Shown piece after piece: positions 48,938 through 57,575 of a stretch of DNA of 64,000 nt. The translations under genes were made by a program, and so were the position numbers. Position 1 is the first letter of the stretch; every line of letters starts with the position of its first letter. The stretch is taken from positions 117,201 to 181,200 of the forward strand of contig JABTUM010000001.1 of NCBI GenBank assembly GCA_015075375.1, read 5' to 3'. The DNA comes from Planctomycetota bacterium (GTDB lineage: Bacteria > Planctomycetota > SZUA-567 > H5-PLA8). The notes beneath the pieces are model-generated. The model was not told where the DNA came from, did not search any database, and saw only the letters and a list, made by a program, of their open reading frames with translations.

Positions 48938-49909
48938 CTAGTAATGCCCGTCTCCGCTGCTGGTGCCGCCGCCGCCGCTGGTGCTGGTGCTGGTAGTGGT
49001 ACTGGTACTGGCGCTGGAATTGGTGCTGGAACTGGTGTTCGTGCTGCTGCCAACTCCTGAGGTAGTCGCCGTAGTCGAACCTTGCCCCGTGCTGGTGCTG
49101 CTGGTTGACGCCGTGGCCGTGCTGGAAGCCGTGGAACTTGCGCCTGTACCGGCCGTCGAGGATGTAGAAGTTGAACTCGCATTCGAAGTCGCGCTCGTGG
49201 ACGCCGTGCCCGTGGACGACGTGCTGCTGTTCGAACTATTACTGCTTGTGGAGTTGGCCGTGCTTGCGGCGGTCGTGCTCATGCTCCCTGAAGTAGTGGT
49301 AGAAGCCGAAGTACTTCCACCAGTTGAGCTGCTCGTACTTGAAGTTGAAGTCGAAGGATCGGACTCCCTACCCAGCAGGTAAACCCGATACTTGTCATTG
49401 GGTAGCTTCTTGCCCGCCAAATCAACGCGTGCAGTCGTCGAACTCGTTAATGTTACCGAAGTGGGTACCACGGGTACTTCGTTCCCCTCCCCAAAGCTCC
49501 CATCGCCGCCACTGCGTACCAAAAGCACCGTTTGAGTATTCACGCTGGCAGCCAGGACCGGCTCGCTGAACGTCACAATCAGTTCCGCGGGCACACCGTC
49601 AACCGTACTGCCTGGCGCAGGCGATACGGAGATGACACGAGGTGGAGCCTGCTCGGGCATGCCCGAAGTGGAGGCCGTCGCCGTGCTGGCCGTTGAAGTG
49701 GAGTTGCTTACGGGCTGCGGCCCCGGCACGTACGAACGCACCGTAGGCGGCGCGCCATCGGCCTGGACCCAGGAAGTCGTCAGCCCCATCAGCAGCACAA
49801 GCACCACCAGGAACCCAGCAATAACCAGCAATTCGATCATGCCGTGCGGAGTGGCGGAAGCGCTGCCGTTCGTGCAATTTCTTGGAGGCATGAAATGGAA
49901 ATTTCCCAA
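48938..49909 (-). CDS. Ser/Thr-rich low-complexity protein with N-terminal prepilin-like TM segment and Ig-like (Big) domain
   Basis: The segment HGMIELLVIAGFLVVLVLLMG resembles the prepilin N-terminal methylation/TM motif. SVSPAPGSTVDGVPAELIVTFSEPV is Ig-like. The C-terminal roughly 150 aa are almost pure S/T/G/A. The DNA at 48960..49330 consists of GTGCTGGTG-type repeats. Confidence 0.5.
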   Translation of the reverse strand: MGNFHFMPPRNCTNGSASATPHGMIELLVIAGFLVVLVLLMGLTTSWVQADGAPPTVRSYVPGPQPVSNSTSTASTATASTSGMPEQAPPRVISVSPAPGSTVDGVPAELIVTFSEPVLAASVNTQTVLLVRSGGDGSFGEGNEVPVVPTSVTLTSSTTARVDLAGKKLPNDKYRVYLLGRESDPSTSTSSTSSSTGGSTSASTTTSGSMSTTAASTANSTSSNSSNSSTSSTGTASTSATSNASSTSTSSTAGTGASSTASSTATASTSSTSTGQGSTTATTSGVGSSTNTSSSTNSSASTSTTTSTSTSGGGGTSSGDGHY

Positions 49910-50267
49910 GCAGAAAGAGCGTTCAAGGCGTCCAACACGAAGTTAGAAAATTGTATGCTGTAATAGGATAAAATACCAAGGATTTTCGTGATATCCCCTC
50001 CCCCTTTCGAGGGCAGTCATAAGGGCGTAACGTTGCTCATGCACCTGAGCATGGCAACGGCCATCGGTCTTCGATACATGGGTAAGAGAATATGGCGGCA
50101 CCAAGCCGACCCCCGGTTTAGGAATGCCGGGAGCCGTAAGTTGTAAGCCTTTTCGGTCTTGAGGTTTGCGCGTTCGTCGGAAAACTTTGGGCGGCTACTT
50201 GGCCGAAGGCGTTGCGCTGCTTTGCACTGATCTGCACGGACCACGCCAAACCCGATACTCCTTCAAC

Positions 50268-50342
50268 CCTACTCTTCATATTTTTTCTTTGACGGTCCCT
50301 TCACTCTCTGTTCCGCCACGCGATGAGTTTTCACGTAGCACG
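50268..50342. repeat. degenerate copy of the 70-bp 'tail' repeat module at the 3' boundary of cassette ORF 50351..50749
   Basis: CTACTCTTCATATTTTTTCTTTGACGGTCCCTTCACTCTCTGTTCCGCCACGCGATGAGTTTTCACGTAGCACG aligns to the consensus CTATTCTACTTTTTCTTCGACGGCTTCTTCATCCCCTGTTCCGCCACGCGATGAGTTTTTGCGTAGGACG. Confidence 0.65.
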
Positions 50343-50350
50343 CACAGCAG

Positions 50351-50749
50351 CTACACAGGTTTGTCTTCAATTGTAACATCTATAGAGTCAAGCTTGGCCT
50401 TCTGAGCCAACAACTCGGCATGTCCTCGATACATCTCACCAAGGGAAAGCCTGCCTTTAATCCTCGCTTCCAAAAGGAGTTCCTTAATGGAGACACTTTG
50501 TAATCGAGTGAACCCTTTTCGCACCCAATGAACTATCTTTGCTATATCCCCAGACGATTTTGACACGGCATACACTTCCACACGGTCTGCCCCACCAGCC
50601 TCACGTGGAACCTTCATTTCGCGAACGCTTCCAATTTCAATCCCACACTGATTACACTTGCTTATTACTAGCGCCCCTAAATCGGCAACTATGTCCATAG
50701 CACCACCGCATTTAGGACACGGGTTAAGAATTTCCATGTTATTCGCCAA
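50351..50749 (-). CDS. cassette ORF 1: hypothetical protein with N-terminal zinc ribbon (CPKCG..CNQCG)
   Basis: This is a 132-aa ORF in the lower-GC island. It ends 9 bp from a tail-repeat copy. Confidence 0.4.
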   Translation of the reverse strand: MANNMEILNPCPKCGGAMDIVADLGALVISKCNQCGIEIGSVREMKVPREAGGADRVEVYAVSKSSGDIAKIVHWVRKGFTRLQSVSIKELLLEARIKGRLSLGEMYRGHAELLAQKAKLDSIDVTIEDKPV

Positions 50750-50811
50750 TCATATTTCAGGTAAGTGCTTGTAAAGGGGGTGAGACCGAATCCGGTCAAA
50801 AATTTCCCGGT

Positions 50812-51265
50812 ACCACGCAGCAAGCGCCGCGAGATTGCTCCGCGCCTCACCGGCCGCGCACGCGCAAGCCTCCACCCATTCGTCCATCGCCACGGGCGCG
50901 CCCTTGCCCGCAGCCCCGCAGGGGCGACATACTAAAGCGAGGGGCGCGAGCCCCTCGACCCAAGCACCCCTCTCCATCAGGAGCCCTGAAAGGGCGACCT
51001 AAAGCCACCCCGAACCGAAGAACTCCGAGCGCCTCACCGAGATCCTCCGCCGAACAGCCACGAGCGGATGCCGGAGAATGGAGGGCGCGGTAGCCGAACC
51101 GATCCACACATCACGCGCGGCCGATTCCCGCGCTCCCCGTCGTCGCACGCAGCGCTTCGCGCCCCTCCCACCCGCCTGCGTTCGTCTCTGCTATTCTACT
51201 TTTTCTTCGACGGCTTCTTCATCCCCTGTTCCGCCATGCGAAGAGTTTTTGCGTAGGACGGCGGG
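50812..51265. repeat. mosaic repeat unit (B-module + 3' half of A-module + linker + tail)
   Basis: Modules recur at 51580, 52274, 53505, 54403, 55345 and 56934. The unit contains GC hairpins GAGGGGC-gcga-GCCCCTC and GCCCC-tgc-GGGGC. Confidence 0.7.
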
Positions 51266-51271
51266 GCTACG

Positions 51272-51532
51272 CTACTCTGTTGCAAGACCAATCATGTCCG
51301 GCAATTCCTTAACAAAGTTTCTATATGCGTGGTCCTGCGCTTCAGAGGCTATCTGTTCCAGTTCCTTGCGGAGGGCCACTTGATCAGAAGGTTGCAGCGC
51401 AAGGAGGCTTGAAGCAATATTCTCCATGCCGCGTACCGCAGTATCTGGATTTATTTCATCTGGCCCAGAAGACTCAAGCAACAAGATAGCATCGATCAAG
51501 CCGTGAATGAGGGGAAGGTTGTTTTTTATCAA
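51272..51532 (-). CDS. cassette ORF 2: small hypothetical protein (86 aa)
   Basis: This ORF has low GC. Its stop lies 7 bp from the tail-repeat end. Confidence 0.35.
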   Translation of the reverse strand: MIKNNLPLIHGLIDAILLLESSGPDEINPDTAVRGMENIASSLLALQPSDQVALRKELEQIASEAQDHAYRNFVKELPDMIGLATE

Positions 51533-51579
51533 TGTGCGAGCCTCACTTTTATTCCGTTAATGTTATATGTTTGAAGGAA

Positions 51580-51864
51580 GCGGGTAGCCCACACCAATCT
51601 CCGATTTGTGTGGGTGAGGTTGCGAACAAGAGGCACACAGCAGGCCCCACGAAGTCACCTCTTGACACGACTTCCGCCGAACAGCCACGAGCGGATGCTG
51701 GAGGATGGAGGGCGCGGTAGCCGAACCGATCCGCACTTCACGCGCGGCCGATTCCCGCGCTTCGCGCCCCTCCCACCCGCTTGCGTTCGTCTAGACTATT
51801 CTACCTTTTCTTCGGCGGGACCTTCATCCCTGCTCCGCCACGCGATGAGTTTTTGCGGAGGACG
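51580..51864. repeat. repeat unit (A-module + short linker + tail)
   Basis: The unit begins GCGGGTAGCCCACACCAATCTCCGATTTGTGTGGGTGAGG, which contains the hairpin CCCACAC-13nt-GTGTGGG. It ends ..GAGTTTTTGCGGAGGACG. Confidence 0.75.
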
Positions 51865-52163
51865 GGACGACTCTTTGAACGGCGATTAAGGCACCATTCG
51901 CAAACAGCAGCGGTCAATATTAGGAATCCAAGCCTAGTTAGAATATCTAAAATCGCTCTATTTCCCACCCAGTCGTGATGTCGATGTCCAATATACCGAA
52001 GCTCCGGCCAACGAATGATAAATGTGGGCATAAAGAGCCCAAGTTCAATAACGACAAGACAAAGAGTCAGCAAATGCATCTGAAGTAGTGATCTCTTGCC
52101 CACTATCACCATGCCTCCACGACAAGGGCTTCTACGGCATGCGGACAAACCCCATATCTTCAC
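51801..52163 (-). CDS. cassette ORF 3: small hydrophobic hypothetical protein. Its 3' end reads into a frameshifted copy of the tail.
   Basis: The ORF ends ..VLRKNSSRGGAGMKVPPKKR, which is encoded by a variant tail. The true 5' start is probably internal (MVIVGKRS..). Confidence 0.3.
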   Translation of the reverse strand: MKIWGLSACRRSPCRGGMVIVGKRSLLQMHLLTLCLVVIELGLFMPTFIIRWPELRYIGHRHHDWVGNRAILDILTRLGFLILTAAVCEWCLNRRSKSRPVLRKNSSRGGAGMKVPPKKR

Positions 52164-52273
52164 CGCAGCACTTAAGATCTCCTCTCCATTTCTCCTTTTG
52201 TCCCACTGCTTCTAAAACTCCTCACTAGCCTCTTGGGGCCGATTCGCATCAGGAATTGGTGCACCATCTCCGG

Positions 52274-52835
52274 CACCCTTAAAGCGGGTAGCCCGCACAA
52301 ATCTCCGATTTGTGTGGGTGAGCTTGCGAACAAGAGGCACACCGCAGGCCCCACGAAGTCACCTCTTGACACGATTTCCGCCGAACAGCCACGAGCGGAT
52401 GCTGGAGGATGGAGGGCGCGGTAACCGAACCAATCCGCACTTCACGCGCGGCCGATTCCCGCGCCGGGTGCCGCGGAGCAAGCGCCGTGAGCTTGCTCCG
52501 CGCCTCACCTCACCGGCCGCGCACGCTCAAACCTAGCGCCCATCATCCACCGCCACGGGCGCGCCCTTGCCCGCAGCCCCGCAGGGGCGACATACTAAAG
52601 CGAGGGGCGCGAGCCCCTCGACCCAAGCACCCCTTTCCATCAAGAGCCCTGAAAGGGCGACCTAAAGCCACCCCGACCCGAAGAGCACCGAGCGCCTCGC
52701 CGGCCGCGCACGCACAAGCATCCACCCCTTCGTCCACCGCCACGCGCTCGCCCTCTGCCGCCCGCCTACTCTACTTTTTCTTCGGCGGCTTCTTCATCCC
52801 CTGTTCCGCCACGCGAAGACGGTATGCGTAAGACC
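52274..52835. repeat. full-length repeat unit (A + linker + B + tail), about 560 bp
   Basis: This is the longest copy. It shows that the A and B modules found separately elsewhere can be contiguous. Confidence 0.75.
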
Positions 52836-53422
52836 GGTTTGGGCAGGATGCTGACGTTTGCGTCCTCATCAATTGTCATTTGGAATGGCCCCATACCTGT
52901 AAATCTAGACTTAGTTTGCCTAAAAAGTTCACCCGTGAAAATGCCCGCCCCTGAGGTAAAGAACTCGCCTTCGTCTATGTAAATATAGCCATTACAGCAC
53001 TGCGCTATATCCGCAACAACCAGGGGCAATATATTTGCTTCCACGTGAGTTCGACTGGCAAAGCATAGTACGACAATCTCGTAACCAGCCTCAGTCATGG
53101 CCTTCATGATACTCGACCTACTCTCAGGAGGAATGGTATTCCCAAGACCCGCAAATACAGCCTTTATCGCTGACTCTTCAGACTCACAAATATAAAAGTG
53201 AATGCTCTTTAGCCTCGCGTCCTCAAATCCATACACCGCTGTTTTTTCCAGGATTCCATTAGCATCAATTTTTGCATTACGCTTCAGATCAATAAGATCA
53301 AACTTTGGAAGTTCTTTGGAAATAGAACGAGCAAGTTCACAGTCCTTCGACAGAGCATCAATTACGTCTTTAGCGCAAAGTGGCCCACTCCGAGTGGGTA
53401 AGATTGTCAGATCAACGCTCAT
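52766..53422 (-). CDS. cassette ORF 4: hypothetical protein (218 aa). Its last roughly 20 aa (..PSSRGGTGDEEAAEEKVE) are encoded by the tail repeat.
   Basis: The unique body shows no recognisable domain. The C-terminus is in frame with the tail consensus peptide. Confidence 0.45.
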   Translation of the reverse strand: MSVDLTILPTRSGPLCAKDVIDALSKDCELARSISKELPKFDLIDLKRNAKIDANGILEKTAVYGFEDARLKSIHFYICESEESAIKAVFAGLGNTIPPESRSSIMKAMTEAGYEIVVLCFASRTHVEANILPLVVADIAQCCNGYIYIDEGEFFTSGAGIFTGELFRQTKSRFTGMGPFQMTIDEDANVSILPKPVLRIPSSRGGTGDEEAAEEKVE

Positions 53423-53504
53423 GACTCCCCCTGAGCTTACAGTGAGATACTATGGGGCAACTGGCTCTGCTATAAGCACTTCGCCAGTGGGCGTGTGGCC
53501 GGTA

Positions 53505-53842
53505 CCGGGTGCCGCGGAGCAAGCGCCGTGGGCCTGCTCCGCGCCTAACCGACCACCGCCACGGGCGCGCCCTTGCCCGAAGCCCCGCAGGGGCGACATG
53601 CTAAAGCGAGGGGCGCGAGCCCCTCGACCCAAGCACCCCTCTCCATCAAGAGCCCTGAAAGGGCGACCTAAAGCCACCCCGACCCGAAGAACACCGAGCG
53701 CCTCGCCGGCCGCGCACGCGCAAGCCTCCACCCCTTCGTCCCCCGCCACGCGTTCGCCCTCTGCCGCCCGCCTATTCTACTTTTTCTTCGACGGCTCCTT
53801 CATCCCCTGTTCCGCCACGCGATGAGGGTTTGCGCAGGACGG
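53505..53842. repeat. repeat unit (linker + B-module + tail)
   Basis: The sequence matches the 52480..52835 portion of the full unit. Confidence 0.75.
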
Positions 53843-54359
53843 GCTTATCAGTCTCCTTGGCCGGTACACCGGTACAGAATTCAATGCGCTCTTCTAAAAT
53901 ATATAGGTCGTCTCCAGCAGAAAGCCTTTCCGATATGACGGAAACAAATTTGCAGAGGGCTTGGTAGCCGGAGGCTGCCTCCTTTTGCAATATGTCGCGT
54001 CGAATTACCCGCTCTTCAACGGGTATATCCCCAAAAGGCTCATTAATGGAATGTGTACTCCAGGCGAGAATATATGATCCCGGATTAGCAGCTGCGCTTT
54101 TTAGGACATTTCTTAGTTTGGGATTCAATTTATAAAGAGTTGTCCTATGGGAAGTTCCGTTGGGTAGAGACGAAGATTCCCGTTCAATTCGGATTAGCCA
54201 CCCTGTCCCGTCTTCGGGCTCATAAATCGCACAAAGACTATACTTGGATAGTTTGAGGTCACTTAGATTCAATGAGAACCCGGAAGTTCTCCAACTGCCT
54301 ATTCCTGAACGCGCCTCATCCTCAGATAACAGAATTAGATGCTCCGTTGTGGTTATCAT
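53772..54359 (-). CDS. cassette ORF 5: hypothetical protein (195 aa). Its C-terminus (..LRKPSSRGGTGDEGAVEEKVE) is encoded by the tail repeat.
   Basis: The body is unique. It carries the same tail peptide as ORF 52766..53422. Confidence 0.45.
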   Translation of the reverse strand: MITTTEHLILLSEDEARSGIGSWRTSGFSLNLSDLKLSKYSLCAIYEPEDGTGWLIRIERESSSLPNGTSHRTTLYKLNPKLRNVLKSAAANPGSYILAWSTHSINEPFGDIPVEERVIRRDILQKEAASGYQALCKFVSVISERLSAGDDLYILEERIEFCTGVPAKETDKPVLRKPSSRGGTGDEGAVEEKVE

Positions 54360-54402
54360 GGCTCAACCTCAAAAACTTGCATTCCTTTTACATTAATTAG
54401 AC

Positions 54403-54709
54403 GCGGGTAGCCCACCCAAATCCCCGATTTGTGTGGGTGAGCTTGCGAACAAGAGGCACACCGCAGGCCCCACGAAGTCACCCCTTGACACGATTTCCGC
54501 CGAACAGCCACGAGCGGATACTGGAGGATGGACGGCGCGGTAGCCGAACCGATCCGCACTTCACGCGCGGCCGATTCCCGCGCTCCCCGTCTTCGCACGC
54601 CGCGCGTCGCGCCCCTCCCACCCGCTTGCGTTCGTCTCGGCTATTCTACTTTTTCTTCGACGGCTCCTTCATCCCCTGTTCCGCCACGCGATGAGTTTTG
54701 CGTAGGACG
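54403..54709. repeat. repeat unit (A-module + linker + tail)
   Basis: The architecture is the same as the 51580 copy. Confidence 0.75.
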
Positions 54710-54724
54710 CCCCCGCCGCACTTT

Positions 54725-55330
54725 TCAAGCGCCCTTCACATCCCAACCAGGATTGTTACAATACTGGCGGTCTATGCATACTGGCAATTCACTCAACTCC
54801 ATATCGGTCCAGACCACACTAATATTGCATTTATTACCGTTTGGCATTTCGCTCTCAAGTATCCGTCGTCCTCCAATCTCCGGAAAGCGATCCTCAAAGT
54901 AGTCAGGGGGATCGTCGACAACAATGACATGAGCTGCGTTGCAATAACTCGCACACTTCTTAATCATATTCCAGTACTTTCGCTTCCTCGATTCGTTAAG
55001 CTCATGAAACAGCCGTTTCGACCATCCGAACTCCATATACGGATTGGAGTATCCCGTTGCAAAGCCACAGACAAAGAACAACTCAGAATTGCGGCATTCA
55101 ACCAAGAACTGCTCATGCTTCGATAACCGCTTTATTAGATCTGCTTTGATGGGTTGAGCCACTCGAACCTCTTCGCCATGTTCAAGATGACCCAACTCGT
55201 CAATCGGGTTTGCGGGTCGGATTAAATCGTCAAATTCGAGCCCAAAGTCGGCAAGCACGCTAACCGCACCTGCGGGCTTGAGCGCCAGCCTAGGGCCTGG
55301 AAAAAAGAAAGCATAATGCCAGGATGCCAT
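54725..55330 (-). CDS. cassette ORF 6: hypothetical protein (201 aa)
   Basis: This ORF has lower GC. Its stop lies 16 bp from the tail end. Confidence 0.4.
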   Translation of the reverse strand: MASWHYAFFFPGPRLALKPAGAVSVLADFGLEFDDLIRPANPIDELGHLEHGEEVRVAQPIKADLIKRLSKHEQFLVECRNSELFFVCGFATGYSNPYMEFGWSKRLFHELNESRKRKYWNMIKKCASYCNAAHVIVVDDPPDYFEDRFPEIGGRRILESEMPNGNKCNISVVWTDMELSELPVCIDRQYCNNPGWDVKGA

Positions 55331-55344
55331 GATTATCCCTTACT

Positions 55345-55761
55345 CTTACGGAATGGCGGGTGCCGGGACCGGGCGCCACGCAACAAGCGCCGTGGGCTTG
55401 CTCCGCGCCTCACCGGCCGCGCACGCGCAACCCTCCACCTACGCATCCACCGCCACGCGCTCGCCCTTGCCCGCAGCCCCGCAGGGGCGACATACTAAAG
55501 CGAGGGGCGCGAGCCCCTCGACCCAAGCACCCCTCTCCATCAAGAGCCCTGAAAGGGCGACATAAAGCCACCCCGACCCGAAGAACACCGAGCGCCTCAC
55601 CGGCCGCGCACGCGCAAGCCTCCACCCCTTCGTCCACCGCCACGCGCTCGCCCTCTGCCACCCGCCTATTCTACTATTCCTTCGGCGGCTCCTTCATCCC
55701 CAGTTGCGCCACGCGAAGAGTTTTTGCGGAGGACGCACGCGATGAGTTTTTGAGTAGGACG
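55345..55761. repeat. repeat unit (linker + B-module + tail, with a partially duplicated tail end)
   Basis: The sequence ends ..GCGAAGAGTTTTTGCGGAGGACGCACGCGATGAGTTTTTGAGTAGGACG, which is two tandem tail ends. Confidence 0.7.
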
Positions 55762-55764
55762 CGG

Positions 55765-56385
55765 TTACAGACGCCATACTTCCTTGTTACTTCCATTCAG
55801 TACTGAAATTATCTCTGCGCCCTTAATCACCACAAGGAATTTACTTGGCAAGAAGAGAGCACAGAGAACAATGGGCCGCAGCTTTAAGAACTCATATACA
55901 TAAGCAGCCTTCAATTTGTCCGGAGGCGGCTTGACGCCGTTACCTAAAACTGGACCGATATACCAACCAGAATCATGAACCTTGGCATTGGGGACATTTC
56001 TCTCAAGATATATTTCGTCATCCTCAATGCAGCCTGCATCAAATATAACCTTCTCGCTAAACAAGCACTCCGTACCTTCTACGCCACATCGGTTTAGAAC
56101 ATCAACTTGCATACTTAAAATACGGAGGGTTGATGTAACACTCTCGCGATACTCTAAAAACGGGTTTCTATCAAAATCGGGCTCACAAACAACAAAGCCA
56201 AACGAACGCTCATACAGGACAAAGTGTGACCACCCGACTTGAATACGACATCCATCAAAAAGCCCCTTACTAGTTAAAGCAATGTTAGATAGGACGCTAA
56301 ACAACCACTCGACTTGCGCGTCAAGCCCTTCAGCACAGAATAGCCTAACCTCAAACTTCCCATCAATCTTTCTTGCGAAGACCAC
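55765..56385 (-). CDS. cassette ORF 7: hypothetical protein (206 aa)
   Basis: This ORF has lower GC. Its stop abuts the tail end (about 4 bp). Confidence 0.4.
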   Translation of the reverse strand: MVFARKIDGKFEVRLFCAEGLDAQVEWLFSVLSNIALTSKGLFDGCRIQVGWSHFVLYERSFGFVVCEPDFDRNPFLEYRESVTSTLRILSMQVDVLNRCGVEGTECLFSEKVIFDAGCIEDDEIYLERNVPNAKVHDSGWYIGPVLGNGVKPPPDKLKAAYVYEFLKLRPIVLCALFLPSKFLVVIKGAEIISVLNGSNKEVWRL

Positions 56386-56400
56386 GCTAGTCCCCTTTGA

Positions 56401-56452
56401 GGTGTGAGTCTATCCCCAGTTCCGTCACGCGACGAGTTTATGCAGAGGACAG
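56401..56452. repeat. tail-only repeat remnant
   Basis: ..CCCCAGTTCCGTCACGCGACGAGTTTATGCAGAGGACAG aligns to the 3' half of the tail. Confidence 0.55.
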
Positions 56453-56896
56453 TCAGCCCTCTGGACTTCTGACATATTCAGCTACTTTCAGGCCGTCTCT
56501 CTGATAGATTCTCCGCAAGAATGGCACGAAGACTGCACTTTCCTTCGAGTTTATGCGAACAACATATCTCTCAACTTGGGAGCCATAGTCACACGCAATC
56601 CAAACAAGGTCAATGCAACCATCACCTGTCGGAATTTCCTGATCCGGCATCCCTAGTATATCAATTAAACGGCCCTTGCTAATTCCTAAGTACAGCGCAC
56701 CATCCGCAATTAATGCACAAATGTATTCGTCGGTTCCATTTCGAGGAAGGCTAGTTGTCGCAGATCGTAAATCCTTAAGTCGCCAACTGGTGTAGGCTAC
56801 TCGTATGGGACGCAAATAGGTGATGGCTGCAAATGTGCCGGCACAACTCAGCAGAAGTAGCCCGCCTATTAAAGTTTTTCTGAATTGCAGTCGCAT
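56453..56896 (-). CDS. cassette ORF 8: hypothetical secreted/lipoprotein-like protein (147 aa)
   Basis: The N-terminus MRLQFRKTLIGGLLLLSCAGTFAA is a signal peptide. The stop directly abuts the tail remnant. Confidence 0.4.
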   Translation of the reverse strand: MRLQFRKTLIGGLLLLSCAGTFAAITYLRPIRVAYTSWRLKDLRSATTSLPRNGTDEYICALIADGALYLGISKGRLIDILGMPDQEIPTGDGCIDLVWIACDYGSQVERYVVRINSKESAVFVPFLRRIYQRDGLKVAEYVRSPEG

Positions 56897-56933
56897 TACA
56901 CTCTCGAATTATGGAAAGGTTAGATGGACCGCA

Positions 56934-56990
56934 GCGGGTAGCCCACACAAATCCCCGATTTGTGTGGGTGAGCTTGCGAACAAAAGGCGC
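56934..56990. repeat. A-module 5' fragment (hairpin end only)
   Basis: GCGGGTAGCCCACACAAATCCCCGATTTGTGTGGGTGAGCTTGCGAACAA is followed by sequence that diverges from the other copies. Confidence 0.6.
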
Positions 56991-57507
56991 TCACGACGGC
57001 ATCCGCACGGATTCATCCACTGATTTTCCAACTCCCAGCATGCGCCCGCGCCGTCTTCGGCTGCGCTGGAGCGTCCGGTCCAAGGAAGCCGTACCTTCAA
57101 CATCCACCCCACCCCACGCATGCTAGGCACTCACCCCGCGCGCCGAAACTAGAAAACCCCAAACAACCGCACCCACCTACCCACACGCGTAACCGCCCTG
57201 CGTCGCCGAGCGCCGAAGGCCACGGAAGGCCGCGCTTATTTGGCCTCCAAGCCGCCTGCACCCGTTCAGCCCCGCGCGCATAGCGCGCAAAGCGCTAAGC
57301 ACCTGCGTGCAAATATACGCTTTGCAGTAGCGATTTATAGCAGTTTTATGGCAGGATCGAATTTTTGCTCGACGTGCGCGAGGTGGTATAGACCGCCTTT
57401 TTGTTCTTATAACCCCTTAAAACACGTCCGAAATTCCGCCGCACAAGAGCACCACCCGCCACGGCGTTCATGCTTCATTCATGCTATATTTCATGCCGTT
57501 CTGAGCA

Positions 57508-57540
57508 CAAAAAAAGCGCCCGAAATGGGCGCTTTTTCCG
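57508..57540. terminator. rho-independent terminator downstream of the Gly/Tyr-rich protein gene
   Basis: AAAAAAAGCGCCCgaaatGGGCGCTTTTT is a perfect 7-bp GC stem flanked by an A-tract and a T-tract. It is bidirectional. Confidence 0.75.
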
Positions 57541-57575
57541 CTCTTATCCAGCGCTCGAAATCGGGGCCATTCCGC

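Noticed and set aside
51078-51383. Plus-strand ORFs inside repeat units (51078..51383, 52409..52831, 53202..53825, 54528..54902, 55360..55806), with similar MEGAVAEPI.. / ..PRARPCP.. products
   Set aside because: They are encoded entirely by the repeat modules. They are Pro/Arg/Ser low-complexity and differ by frameshifts between copies. This is more consistent with non-coding repeat DNA than with a gene family.
49930-57500. CRISPR array or integron attC array as explanation for the repeat/spacer-like structure
   Set aside because: The repeats are 300-560 bp. They are mosaic, not 25-40 bp and regularly spaced. The intervening segments are 400-650 bp and carry ORFs. No cas genes are present. 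No attC R''/R' core sites (RYYYAAC/GTTRRRY) or integrase could be identified. The array is therefore reported as cassette-like but not as an integron.
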